A stretch of 64,000 nucleotides of DNA from Eledone cirrhosa (taxonomy: Eukaryota): contig OZ024754.1 of the NCBI GenBank assembly GCA_964016885.1, positions 38,316,001-38,380,000 on the forward strand, read 5' to 3'. The position numbers and the translations under genes are program-made. Each line of letters begins with the position of its first letter. The first letter of the stretch is position 1. The notes under the pieces are model-generated. The model was given only the letters and a program-made list of their open reading frames with translations, made no database searches and had not been told where the DNA came from. Shown here piece after piece: positions 1-12,512 of the stretch.

Positions 1-1369
1 CAGAGAATGTATCCATGAGCCCTCAGAATGTAGGTCACTACACCCTCATCAGTCACTAATGACCGTGATTTTGCACCTAGAAAGTTTTCCTCTGAGCCAC
101 AAGCCCAGGCGTGGTTTATTTGTGGAAGACCAGCAGTCACCCATCCATACCAGTCTCCCCTCTCCACGCACCCGATGTTGTCCAAGGGAAAAGCAATGAC
201 TGATACAGTTTGGCACCACTGATGTCGCAACTCATTTCTACAGCTGAGTAAACTGGAGCAACGTGAAATAAAGTGTCTCAAGGACACAACACATCACCCG
301 GTCAGAGAATCAAACTCACAACTTCTCAATTGCAAGCCCAATGCTCTAACCACTAAGCCATGTGCTTTCACTATATAAGGACAGTACTTCACGAGTAATT
401 TTATGGATTCTGTAAAGATAACCAGCAAAGTTGACTATTGCCAATTTCGCAAGAAACTCACTAATCTGACAAGTTTTAGCTGTGTTTAAACACACAAATA
501 TTTAATTTTATCTTTGGAATCCACATTAACCCTTTAGATTTTACATTACTCTGTATTTACTATTATATTTTCACATTTTTACTATCATATTTTCACATAA
601 TTATCTTGCATAATATCGAATCTATGAGATGTTGTTGTTATTTATTTTGAGAACAATACGTTAACATTAGTATGAGCGGCTGGTTACAGCCAGTTTGAAC
701 AGAAAGAGTTGAGAGAATTCTGGCTAGATACGGCCAGTTTAAATGCAAAAGGATTAAAGTACCTAAATTTTCCTGAATATTATTGGTTTTATTTATGTAT
801 TTCTCAAACGATATATGATTCTTTCTCTCTCTACATATATCTCTTAAATGTGAATCAGTGAGCTTATTTATTGAGAAACATGACCATCATACATGTTAAT
901 CTTCTGGGCACTGTTGGCAACATAGGTCACTGATAGATTAATCTCCCCTTAATACATAATGCACTGTCAAAGGAAGAAATTCTTTAAAAAATTCAACGCC
1001 CTTAAAGATTAAATATGTATTGGTTACTTAGCATAGTATATATATATATATATATATATCATCATCATCATCATCACCGTTTTACGTCCGTTCTTCCACG
1101 CTAGCATGGGTTAGACGGGTTGTCCTGTTGTGGGCAGTGTCTGGTCGGCTGACCATGCCTTGCTCATACAGGAACTGATCTGGCTTGATTTCTACAGCTG
1201 GATGCCCTTCCTAACACCAACCTCATTTACAGTGAGTGCTGGGTGCTTTTTCGTGGCGCCTACACGTCCACTTTACAGTGTGGGCTGGGTGCTTTTTTGC
1301 CGTGGCACCTCCACGACCACCTTGCGGTGGGGGGGGGGGGGGGGGGGGGGGGCATATTGTTTATATGCT

Positions 1370-4300
1370 TCAGCATGTACCCATGGGAGGTCGGGTACCC
1401 TGTATTACTGCGTGACGCCAGAAGTCACGGTCGTGTGTCATTGACTTTGAGAGGTGTAGTTGGGTAAGGTCGGCTTTTATCACCTCATCCCAAGTCATCT
1501 TGGGTCTCCCCACTCCGCGGTTTCCATCAACTTCTAGTGCTCTGCACCTTTTTATGCAGCTGTCATCCTTCATACGCATCACATGTCCATACCAGCGTAA
1601 CCGCCTCTCCTGCACGCAGCATTTGATTCCTCTTATGCTCAGTCTCTCTCTCAATTCATTTATGCTTTGTCGTTCACGTATATTACTGTTACACATCCAT
1701 CGGAGCATGCAGGCTTCGTTTCTCTCTAATCTACGTAAGTCTTCCACCTTCAGCGCCCAGGTCTCACTACCATGCAACATCGCTGTTCGGATACACGCAT
1801 CATACAGTCTGCCTTTCATTCTGAGGGAGAAGCCTTTTGCAGCTAGCAGTGGTAGTAGTTCCCTAAACTTCTTCCATCCCGTTCTTACCCTAGTTATTGT
1901 ACTTTCTGAGCACCCACCTCCGTTGCTAATTCGGTCACCTAGGTAGCAGAAGCTGTCTACTGTTTCTACAGGGCCCTCCCAGAGATTGGTGGTACTTGTT
2001 TCCTGTGGCTGTTTGCTTGCTGTTTCAGCACAGCTGCTGCATGTGAATCCTACATTCTTAATTAAGCTTCCTGAGATCCCGCTACATCTCTTGTGTACCC
2101 ATTGTTTGCATTTGGGGCAAAGAATGGAGTTCCTACCTACACCTTTCCTACATACTGAGCAAGGCCATTTCCCTGAGGGGATCTGGGTTCTGTTTTCTCG
2201 TCTACTTATAAGGACCTTAGTCTTTGTCATGTTGACTTTGAGGCCCTTTCTCTCTAGTCCCTGCTTCCAGGTTTGGAATTTATTCTCTAGTTCTACCATA
2301 GATTCAGCTATGAGTGCGAGGTCATCAGCATACAGGAGTTCCCATGGGCATCCGGTCTTAAACTCCTCCGTTATTGCCTGCAGGACTATGATGAACAGGA
2401 GAGGGCTAAGAACAGAGCCCTGGTGGACCCCAACCTGTACGCTAAATTCCTCGCTATACTCATTGCCAATCCTAACTTTGCTGACTGCTCCCCTATACAT
2501 GGCTTGTACCGCTTTCACAAGCCATTCATCTACTCCTAGTTTTCTAAGAGCCCACCAGATTACTGCACGTGGAACTCTGTCAAAGGCTTTCTCAAGGTCG
2601 ACAAATGCCAAGTAGAGTGGCTTACTTTTAGCTAGGTACTTTTCCTGTAATTGCCTCACAAGGAAGAGCGCATCAGTGGTGCCTTTCCCTGGAACAAACC
2701 CAAATTGCATCTCGTCTATATTCACCCGGTCCCTAATCAGCTGTGCTATAACTCTTTCTGTTACTTTCATGACCTGGTCCATCAACTTTATACCTCTATA
2801 GTTTCCTCTATCTAGTGCATCGCCTTTACCTTTGTAGCAGTTGACAATGATGCTACTGCACCAATCTTTTGGTATGGCCCCCTCTAGTATTACCTGGTTA
2901 ACGATACGTGTGGTTATAGTGTGACCTACAGACCCAGATGCCTTCAGCATCTCGGCAGCTATACCCGATGGACCGGTTGCCTTCCCTATCTTCATATCTC
3001 TGATTGCCTTACTTACTACGCTGCCGCTGACTTGTACTGCTGGTCCCTCTATAGGGTCTACGTGGGGTAGGGTCTCTTCTTCCCATGCATTCTCCTCATT
3101 TAGTAATCTATCATAATGACTCTTCCATGCATCTTTCTTCTCAGCACTTGTGAGGGCAAGCTCACCTTTATCATTCCGGATACACTTCTCTCCAATGACA
3201 TCACAACTATCTCTGACACACTGCCTCGCAATCTTGAATACCTCCTGTTTCTGGTCCTCACGTTGTAAAACATGCTTGAATTTTCTATCCTCTGCTTCCC
3301 TCCTAGCTAAGTATACTTGTCGCCTAGCTTCCCTCTTGGTCTCTATGTAATGTACCCTGCTCCCCCCGTTCTTCCATTCTTTCCATGCCTGTCTCTTGGC
3401 CTTGACTGCTTCATCTACCTTATTGTTCCACCACCAAGTCACTCTCCTCCTGCTTGAGGTCTTACTCCAGCCACAAACCTCATCCGTCGCCTCTAGTAAG
3501 TTATTTTTTAGGAACTCCCAGTTCTCTTCTACGTTAAATGTCTCTATCTGTTCTTCTTTACTGTCGTAGGCGTTGAGTAAAATATCTTTAAATCTGTTAC
3601 TGGTTGAGGGGACTTTCAGCTTCCAGATCTTTCTTCTCCAGGTTGGCCTCTGTTTCAGGGCTCGTCTAGTTCTGACCGTGAGGTCGCTGACAACTAAGCT
3701 ATGTTGGGATGTACATTCCTCACTAGGGAAGGCTTTTGTGTTTACGACCGTCCATCTGTCACGTCCTCTGATGAGAATAAAATCTAACTGACTAGAGTGC
3801 TCCCCTGATCTATAGGTGATCAGGTGGTTGTCGGGTTTTTTAAAGTTTGTGTTACATATCGACATGTCATTGGCGTCGCAGAATTCTAGAAGTCTGAATC
3901 CTTCCTCATTCCTTGTGCCAACTCCATGGCCTCCATGTACTCTATTGAAGCCGTCGCAGTGTTTACCTACGTGTCCGTTAAAATCTCCTGCAATGATTAG
4001 GAAGTCCTTGTCGTCTGTTAGAGCAGTAGTGTGTATTAGGGACTCGTAAAACCTATCCTTAAGTTCGTCTGGCAGCCCCGATTGGGGTGCGTAAGCTGAT
4101 ATTATTGTGGTAATTGTCTTATTCAGGACTAGTCTGAGTTTAATGATTCTTGCATTTACCCTGTACACTGAGATTACTTTATCTACCCACTTGTCAGCTA
4201 ATAGTATACCTACACCACCCATCCCATCGTCATTTCCCACCCAGAAAAATTTGTAGCACTGGCTTTTTCCTACAAGGACTCTAGCAGACCCTCCTCTCCA

Positions 4301-4489
4301 TCTAGTCTCTTGCACACAGCATACATCAACTTCCTTTCGCTCTAGCATTTCTACGATTTCTCCTGCTCTTCCTTTCATTGAGCCTACATTGATGGTACCA
4401 ACTCGGAGTTTTGGGCATTTGTCGACACTCGTAGGGGAGGGTCTCTGGGTTGGCGCTTCACGTGGGTGCTTGGTAGCTCGCAGATTCAT
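1370..4489 (-). CDS. RTE LINE ORF: APE endonuclease + reverse transcriptase + PHD-like Cys/His finger
   Basis: APE motifs CCVQETRW, AYAPQ, GDFNGHVG; RT motifs QFGF, FVDLEKAFDRV, GVHQGSVLSPLLF, YADD; C-terminal RRLRWYGHV..GRPK.TW. No stops in 1039 aa. Confidence 0.95.
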   Translation of the reverse strand: MNLRATKHPREAPTQRPSPTSVDKCPKLRVGTINVGSMKGRAGEIVEMLERKEVDVCCVQETRWRGGSARVLVGKSQCYKFFWVGNDDGMGGVGILLADKWVDKVISVYRVNARIIKLRLVLNKTITTIISAYAPQSGLPDELKDRFYESLIHTTALTDDKDFLIIAGDFNGHVGKHCDGFNRVHGGHGVGTRNEEGFRLLEFCDANDMSICNTNFKKPDNHLITYRSGEHSSQLDFILIRGRDRWTVVNTKAFPSEECTSQHSLVVSDLTVRTRRALKQRPTWRRKIWKLKVPSTSNRFKDILLNAYDSKEEQIETFNVEENWEFLKNNLLEATDEVCGWSKTSSRRRVTWWWNNKVDEAVKAKRQAWKEWKNGGSRVHYIETKREARRQVYLARREAEDRKFKHVLQREDQKQEVFKIARQCVRDSCDVIGEKCIRNDKGELALTSAEKKDAWKSHYDRLLNEENAWEEETLPHVDPIEGPAVQVSGSVVSKAIRDMKIGKATGPSGIAAEMLKASGSVGHTITTRIVNQVILEGAIPKDWCSSIIVNCYKGKGDALDRGNYRGIKLMDQVMKVTERVIAQLIRDRVNIDEMQFGFVPGKGTTDALFLVRQLQEKYLAKSKPLYLAFVDLEKAFDRVPRAVIWWALRKLGVDEWLVKAVQAMYRGAVSKVRIGNEYSEEFSVQVGVHQGSVLSPLLFIIVLQAITEEFKTGCPWELLYADDLALIAESMVELENKFQTWKQGLERKGLKVNMTKTKVLISRRENRTQIPSGKWPCSVCRKGVGRNSILCPKCKQWVHKRCSGISGSLIKNVGFTCSSCAETASKQPQETSTTNLWEGPVETVDSFCYLGDRISNGGGCSESTITRVRTGWKKFRELLPLLAAKGFSLRMKGRLYDACIRTAMLHGSETWALKVEDLRRLERNEACMLRWMCNSNIRERQSINELRERLSIRGIKCCVQERRLRWYGHVMRMKDDSCIKRCRALEVDGNRGVGRPKMTWDEVIKADLTQLHLSKSMTHDRDFWRHAVIQGTRPPMGTC

Positions 4490-4734
4490 ATTTCATCTAT
4501 TGATACAGAGTTGCTCGTGTATTCCCAGCTCATCCATCCATAACGGTGGGAAAATTGAGGGCTAGAAGGACAGTGGTGGTGGGGTAATGGCAGGGTGTGT
4601 TGGGATGCGCCAGAGGAGGAGAGAGTTAGTTAGGCAGGTAGTAGCAGCAGCAGCAGTGGAAATGGCATGCTAGGTTTGATTGGTCGAATAGACTATGGTG
4701 GTGTGTGGGGGTGGGGGGGAGGGAAATTGTGAGG

Positions 4735-7700
4735 TAGGAACTGAGGGTCGCATGGTAAATATCCAAGTTAATACTACATCAGTAAAATTAACAATAATAA
4801 CGTCATGAAAAAAGCTACTAAGAGAAACCCTCGAAAATTTATCGCTAATACAGCAGGGAAAATTTAACGCTAATACAGCAGGGAACATCATAATATTAAC
4901 GACATGAAAAAGCTACTAAGAGAAACCCTCGAAAATTTATCGCTAATACAGCAGGGAAAATTTAACGCTAATACAGCAGGGAACATCATAATATTAACGA
5001 CATGAAAAAGCTACTAAGAGAAACCCTCGAAAATTTATCGCTAATACAGCAGGGAAAATTTAACGCTAATACAGCAGGGAACATCATAATATTAACGACA
5101 TGAAAAAGCTACTAAGAGAAACCCTCGAAAATTTATCGCTAATACAGCAGGGAAAATTTAACGCTAATACAGCAGGGAACATCATAATATTAACGACATG
5201 AAAAAGCTACTAAGAGAAACCCTCGAAAATTTATCGCTAATACAGCAGGGAAAATTTAACGCTAATACAGCAGGGAACATCATAATATTAACGACATGAA
5301 AAAGCTACTAAGAGAAACCCTCGAAAATTTATCGCTAATACAGCAGGGAAAATTTAACGCTAATACAGCAGGGAACATCATAATATTAACGACATGAAAA
5401 AGCTACTAAGAGAAACCCTCGAAAATTTATCGCTAATACAGCAGGGAAAATTTAACGCTAATACAGCAGGGAACATCATAATATTAACGACAATATGTAG
5501 GCTAAAATACCTTCGTAGATTAGGTGGATGGCTGGCTGGGAAAATTTGAATCAGCTCTACTGGTACATTTTAGCAGAGAAGAATGGCAAAGTGTCTTATC
5601 TCTTCAATATTTTCAGATTGAATGAATTAGGTTAAAGACAGGGTAGTAAGCCTTAAAGAAGTGCATAGAGGGGGGGGGGGGGGGTAGGAACTGAGGGTCG
5701 CATGGTAAATAACTGAGAGAGATACAATAGGATTAGAATACCGCATGGTAAATATCCAAGTTAATACTACATCAGTAAAATTAACAATATTAACGACATG
5801 AAAAAGCTACTAAGAGAAACCCTCGAAAATTTATCGCTAATACAGCAGGGAAAATTTAACGCTAATACAGCAGGGAACATCATAATATTAACGACATGAA
5901 AAAGCTACTAAGAGAAACCCTCGAAAATTTATCGCTAATACAGCAGGGAAAATTTAACGCTAATACAGCAGGGAACATCATAATATTAACGACATGAAAA
6001 AGCTACTAAGAGAAACCCTCGAAAATTTATCGCTAATACAGCAGGGAAAATTTAACGCTAATACAGCAGGGAACATCATAATATTAACGACAATATGTAG
6101 GCTAAAATACCTTCGTAGATTAGGTGGATGGCTGGCTGGGAAAATTTGAATCAGCTCTACTGGTACATTTTAGCAGAGAAGAATGGCAAAGTGTCTTATC
6201 TCTTCAATATTTTCAGATTGAATGAATTAGGTTAAAGACAGGGTAGTAAGCCTTAAAGAAGTGCATAGAGGGGGGGGGGGGGGTAGGAACTGAGGGTCGC
6301 ATGGTAAATAACTGAGAGAGATACAATAGGATTAGAATACCGCATGGTAAATATCCAAGTTAATACTACATCAGTAAAATTAACAATAATAACGTCATGA
6401 AAAAAGCTACTAAGAGAAACCCTCGAAAATTTATCGCTAATACAGCAGGGAAAATTTAACGCTAATACAGCAGGGAACATCATAATATTAACGACATGAA
6501 AAAGCTACTAAGAGAAACCCTCGAAAATTTATCGCTAATACAGCAGGGAAAATTTAACGCTAATACAGCAGGGAACATCATAATATTAACGACATGAAAA
6601 AGCTACTAAGAGAAACCCTCGAAAATTTATCGCTAATACAGCAGGGAAAATTTAACGCTAATACAGCAGGGAACATCATAATATTAACGACATGAAAAAG
6701 CTACTAAGAGAAACCCTCGAAAATTTATCGCTAATACAGCAGGGAAAATTTAACGCTAATACAGCAGGGAACATCATAATATTAACGACATGAAAAAGCT
6801 ACTAAGAGAAACCCTCGAAAATTTATCGCTAATACAGCAGGGAAAATTTAACGCTAATACAGCAGGGAACATCATAATATTAACGACAATATGTAGGCTA
6901 AAATACCTTCGTAGATTAGGTGGATGGCTGGCTGGGAAAATTTGAATCAGCTCTACTGGTACATTTTAGCAGAGAAGAATGGCAAAGTGTCTTATCTCTT
7001 CAATATTTTCAGATTGAATGAATTAGGTTAAAGACAGGGTAGTAAGCCTTAAAGAAGTGCATAGAGGGGGGGGGGGGGGGTAGGAACTGAGGGTCGCATG
7101 GTAAATAACTGAGAGAGATACAATAGGATTAGAATACCGCATGGTAAATATCCAAGTTAATACTACATCAGTAAAATTAACAATAATAACGTCATGAAAA
7201 AAGCTACTAAGAGAAACCCTCGAAAATTTATCGCTAATACAGCAGGGAAAATTTAACGCTAATACAGCAGGGAACATCATAATATTAACGACATGAAAAA
7301 GCTACTAAGAGAAACCCTCGAAAATTTATCGCTAATACAGCAGGGAAAATTTAACGCTAATACAGCAGGGAACATCATAATATTAACGACATGAAAAAGC
7401 TACTAAGAGAAACCCTCGAAAATTTATCGCTAATACAGCAGGGAAAATTTAACGCTAATACAGCAGGGAACATCATAATATTAACGACATGAAAAAGCTA
7501 CTAAGAGAAACCCTCGAAAATTTATCGCTAATACAGCAGGGAAAATTTAACGCTAATACAGCAGGGAACATCATAATATTAACGACATGAAAAAGCTACT
7601 AAGAGAAACCCTCGAAAATTTATCGCTAATACAGCAGGGAAAATTTAACGCTAATACAGCAGGGAACATCATAATATTAACGACAATATGTAGGCTAAAA

Positions 7701-8031
7701 TACCTTCGTAGATTAGGTGGATGGCTGGCTGGGAAAATTTGAATCAGCTCTACTGGTACATTTTAGCAGAGAAGAATGGCAAAGTGTCTTATCTCTTCAA
7801 TATTTTCAGATTGAATGAATTAGGTTAAAGACAGGGTAGTAAGCCTTAAAGAAGTGCATAGAGGGGGGGGGGGGTAGGAACTGAGGGTCGCATGGTAAAT
7901 AACTGAGAGAGATACAATAGGATTAGAATACCGCATGGTAAATATCCAAGTTAATACTACATCAGTAAAATTAACAATAATAACGTCATGAAAAAAGCTA
8001 CTAAGAGAAACCCTCGAAAATTTATCGCTAA
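4735..8031. repeat. Two-level tandem array: 98-bp monomers within about 600-800-bp higher-order units
   Basis: Monomer period 98 (4901 to 4999). An ~306-bp spacer with a G-tract recurs at 5491, 6091, ~6887 and ~7684. Monomer counts are about 7, 3, 5, 5. Confidence 0.95.
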
Positions 8032-8736
8032 TATAAAAATAACAGATTAATATTTTAATAAATATTTGCTCTACGGTTCTTATATATTTGATATATATTT
8101 ATCCTTATCGAGCCCTCTTTGGATTTTAGTCTTCAAATTTATTATTATTACTATATATATATATATATATATATATTTTAAAAAGTGAGATAGTGAAATT
8201 ACTATTTAACAGAATTTTTTTATGTGTATACGCGTGTGATAAGTGCTTCACTTTATTGGAATGGCTCAAAGTCATCTGAAGTTACATAATCTGTTCCACA
8301 ACTTACAGGTCAACTCTGATGTAAGTAGATCATCAGAGGATTTTACAAACACTGGAATCAAGAAACTTCATTGAGTGCTAAACAAGGTAACTCCAGTATT
8401 TATTACTTAACCAGATACATAGGCCTAAATATTACAATAGATTTTGCTCATCTCTTTACAAAATCTGCAAACCTAATAACAACAATAATTGTTTCTACTT
8501 TTGGCACAAGGCCAACAATTACCCAGTACATTACTGGTACTTTATTTTATCGACCCCGTAAGGATGAAAGGCAAAGTCAACCTCGGCAGGATTTGAACTC
8601 AGATCGTAAAGGGACGTAACTATGCTGGAAAGCATGGCGTCCGACCCTCTACCGATACTGCCAATCCTAATGATGTTAAAAGACAAGAACTGAGACAAAT
8701 CATGATCCCTCAAATGTCCATTAAAAACTTGCTTAC

Positions 8737-8835
8737 CTGTCGGCCATAGAAATGAGTGTCACCTTTGAAGGAACCTCGTGATCCGGTAAAGGAAAACATT
8801 GGTAAAGGAACTGGTATAGGAACATTGACACCAAC
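8737..8835 (-). CDS. ALDH6A1: ALDH6A1 exon 14 ([33 protein letters not shown]); terminal exon not seen in window
   Basis: 99 bp; CAG/GTAAG boundaries. The 14 exons sum to 1485 nt (495 codons) in one open frame. Confidence 0.96.
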
Positions 8836-8921
8836 CTGAAAACGAGATATAAGTTCTATATATATATATATATATTTGTTTTGCAAGGATTTTGATGATG
8901 AAATCTTGTGTTGAAACAAAT

Positions 8922-9076
8922 ATTATTATATTTGGGGAGGGTCATATTGTTATAATATTGCCAGAAATATCAGAAAACAGTGTCCTTCAATAACCTTTCA
9001 GCTTGGCATAAGCTAGTACCATGACGGTGATGAATTTATTTTGTAATATTATAACAATATGACCCTCCCCAAATAT

Positions 9077-9082
<6 letters not shown>
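8922..9082. repeat. inverted repeat (~40-bp arms)
   Basis: TATATTTGGGGAGGGTCATATTGTTATAATATT and AATATTATAACAATATGACCCTCCCCAAATATA. Confidence 0.85.
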
Positions 9083-9115
<33 letters not shown>

Positions 9116-9399
9116 TACTTAAGATAACAGAGAATATATAGAATTTAGAATTGTAGCGAATAAGGACTAAGTGGCATGACAACCCATATGGCAGGGAAGG
9201 GGATACCCAGGGACGACTGCTGCAGGAAAAATTAATAATAAAGCTGATGATAATATCCACAGAACCCATATCTTGGTCATATATGGCCCAGTACATAGAC
9301 CCCACTTCATTCAGTCACGAATGAGCATTGATTTTACACCTAGAAAGTTCCCTTCCAAGACAAGTATGGGCAACATGTTCAGTAACTATATACATAAAT

Positions 9400-9720
9400 C
9401 AGGGGCATGCAACAGGCGGCCTGCAGGCCACAATCCGGCCTGCCAGACCAGTCAGAATGGCCTGCAATGACCGTTTTTAATTTTTACTTTGTAGGCTTAT
9501 TTAGAATTTTTTTCGTAACTATAATACAATTTTCTGTTAGTTGACCTATACTAAAGGGCTTCACTGATAGGGTTATTTGTGTGTTATAATTTCCCAGTTC
9601 CATGTTATGGAAAGAAGTTGTGGTGAATCTTTGGAATAGTGCTTAATAAATATTAATGGCCCTAATAGTTGTTCCAATATTCAAAAGTGGCCTGCCAATG
9701 GAATATATTGCAAACCCCTG
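9400..9720. mobile_element. hAT-type MITE
   Basis: CAGGGG...CCCCTG termini with a perfect 8-bp TSD ACATAAAT. Confidence 0.88.
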
Positions 9721-9800
9721 ACATAAATGAAGATATAAAAATATCCCAGAAGCATAAAAAAAAAAACTGAAAAGGTTTCTATAAACCTTTTTAACCTTAC

Positions 9801-9980
9801 CTGTCCAACATCAATTTCATTTACATATTTTCGTGCAGTAGCTCCGTTGGTGGTGAATATAGCGGTTCCATTGCCATAAGGGTTGCTGTTTATGAATTGT
9901 ATAGCATCATCAAGGGTGTCAAGAGATAACGAACACAAGACTGGACCAAAGATTTCCTCCTTGTAACACTCCATATCACG
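9801..9980 (-). CDS. ALDH6A1: ALDH6A1 exon 13 ([15 protein letters not shown]...EIDVGQ)
   Basis: 180 bp; EEIFGP and [11 protein letters not shown] motifs. Confidence 0.97.
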
Positions 9981-10021
9981 CTTTTAGAAATAAAGAAATT
10001 AAGATTAATAGTCTATATCAG

Positions 10022-10392
10022 CAGTGGTCACCAACTGGTGGACCGAAAGAAAATTTAGGTGGTCTGCAGAAAAATTTGGACATTATTTGCAATTTTTATG
10101 TTCTATTAATAATAAAACAAAAATAATATTTGGTTAAAATATATTTTATAACACCCCTTAAAAATATTTCTTCTCAGTAAAGAACAAACATCCATGAAAG
10201 AATTTTACACATATGTATCACCTATCGACAATATGACACAAGTATGCTTCAGTATTGTTTAATAAAATGGAAGTTTACTGATTATTATTTTACAAAGGTA
10301 TTTATCTTTTTTTAAAAAATCATATTAGTAGTTCGCTAGATTTAAAATTATGTATATAGTGGTTCGTGGGTTCAAAAGGTTGGCGACCACTC
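10022..10392. mobile_element. hAT-like MITE
   Basis: TIRs CAGTGGTCACCAAC and GTTGGCGACCACTC. Confidence 0.65.
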
Positions 10393-11378
10393 ATCTATAT
10401 CAATAGAGAACCAATTAAAAGTTTAACGCTTCCATTACCTTATATCTGATAAAATATATTGTATTTGAATTAGTTATTGAAGAATTTGGAAGAACTTACT
10501 AAAAATTTTTTAATTTTTAAGATGGCATTTGTAATAGAGCAAAGAAGTTTTTGTATAAAATTATGTTATACTTTGGGAGAGTCATGTTGCCAATAAACAC
10601 ACACACATAGCATTTGAGTTTCACTTCCATTTATTATTGAAGTAAGTATCCATCCGTTAATTAATTTAGTAATCAGATGGCATTAGGAAGGGTATAGAAA
10701 CCAAGCCAGAAACAGTCCTATATGAGCAAGACACGGTCACTTGACGCAATTTGCCTCTAATGAGACAAACCCATCTAACCCATGCTAGCGTGGAAAATAG
10801 ACGTTAAACGATGATGATGGATGTTTAATTGTTAGTAACATGATAACAGCCAACCAACCAACCAGTTACTAAATTAACTGATGACTATAATACAATTTTA
10901 TTTAATAACCATGGAAGGAACCTCCACTAGTTTCGACAATGAGTGTTCCAGCAGTGCAATCAATGGGATAGCCCGCTTATGAAATTAACATGTAACTGAC
11001 TGAGCATTCTACGGATATGTGTACCCTTAATACAGAAGAAAAACCTCCCATATTTTACACGTTCAACCCTTAAAATGTGGGAGGTATTTTTGCTACACCC
11101 TGTATAATTCCAAAAGAGATTCATTGTATCATGGTGTGCGATAACGCTAGCCCTTTGAATTACAGATGAAGTTTGTCCAGCAGGCTTCCAAACATTTTCC
11201 ATCTACCAAATTTCACTCACAAAGCAGGGGTCAATCTGAGGCTATGGCATATGACTCTTCCCCAAAATCTCACACAACAAAGCAAACTTCTTAACCATTC
11301 AATCATATTATCAACTTAAATATGGCAAATTTTAACTTAGCATTACCTCTAACAAGAAAGTATTTGAAATCTCCATAC

Positions 11379-11560
11379 CGTAACATTGTGAATGATAGAG
11401 GGCCCCACAAAGTTGCCCTTTTCATATCCGGGGACTTTGACACCTCGGCCATCCAGCAGAACATCAGCACCCTCTTTGACACCAGATTCAATAAGATTAC
11501 AGACACGTTTCTTGGATTCAGGAGAAATTAATGGCCCAATGTCAGCACCAGGTTCATGAC
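11379..11560 (-). CDS. ALDH6A1: ALDH6A1 exon 12 (HEPGADIGPLISPESKKRV...NFVGPSIIHNVT)
   Basis: 182 bp; CAG/GTATG boundaries. Confidence 0.96.
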
Positions 11561-11589
11561 CTGAAAACAAAAATAAATAAATAAATAAG

Positions 11590-11910
11590 AGGGTAGAAGA
11601 TGTTCAGAGAACTACTACCCTTATTGACAACAAAAGGTTTCTCTCTATGAAGAAAAGGCCAGCTGTATGATGCAGGCGTATGAAGTGCAATGTTGCATGG
11701 CAGTGAGACATGGACAATGACTGCAGAGGATATGAGAAGTCTGGAGAGAAATGAAGCGAGCATGATCCTATGGGTGTGCAATATTCATGTGCACGAATGA
11801 TAAAGTATGGATGAGATGAGAGAAAAGCTGGGTATAAAAGCAATCAGAAGTAGTGTGCAAGAGAGAAGACAGCACTGGTTTCGACATGTTACATGTATGG
11901 ATGATGATTG
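11590..11910 (+). mobile_element. old RTE 3' fragment
   Basis: FRELLPLL..KGFSL and AMLHGSETW-like remnants. Confidence 0.75.
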
Positions 11911-12512
11911 TTGAGTGAAAGGCAAAGTTGACCTCAGTAATATTTGACTGCAAAATGCAATGAACTAGAACAAACACCACAATGGCATTTTATCTGACGC
12001 TCTACCAATTCTGCCAATGTTCCATCATCTGAAGCATTCAAATATTAACGCTTTAGCATTTAAACTGGCCGTATCTGGGCAGAATTCTCTCACCTTCTTC
12101 TAATCAAACCGGCTGTAACTGGCCACTGTTACTTATGTTAAGGTATTGTTCTCAAAATAAATAATACCAAAATCTCATAGATTTGATATTATGTGAGATA
12201 ATTATGTAAGATGAAGCCTTTACCAGGAAAATACAATAGTAAATAAAGAGTAATGTAAATGCTAAAAGGTTAAGAGAGAAAATAATTGTTTCTACTTTTG
12301 GCACAAGGCCAGCAATTATCCCAGTGCATTACTGGTACTTTATTTTATTGACCCTGTATGGATGAAAGGCAAAGTTAACCTCAGCAGGATTTGAACTCGG
12401 ACCGTAAAGGGGCGTAACTATGCTGCAAAGCATGGCGTCCGACCATCTACCGATACTGCCAATCCACCAGAGAAAATGATGAAATAAATAAGATAAATAC
12501 AAATATATTTAC

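Larger units (their letters stand above)
1059..8150 (-). mobile_element. Apparently full-length RTE-clade LINE (non-LTR retrotransposon), probably in the last ALDH6A1 intron and in the sense orientation
   Basis: Intact APE-RT ORF, 3' UTR ending in (GAT)n, 5' tandem array. Flanked on both sides by (TA)n (1037-1058 and 8152-8176). The 5' boundary is uncertain (8030-8150). Confidence 0.88.

Noticed and set aside
1500-4049. Plus-strand ORFs overlapping the LINE ORF
   Set aside because: Antisense shadows of the RT/APE reading frame.
4735-8031. CRISPR-like appearance of regular repeats (also 53575-58512 and 46243-47897)
   Set aside because: No unique spacers, no cas genes, and a eukaryotic intron context.
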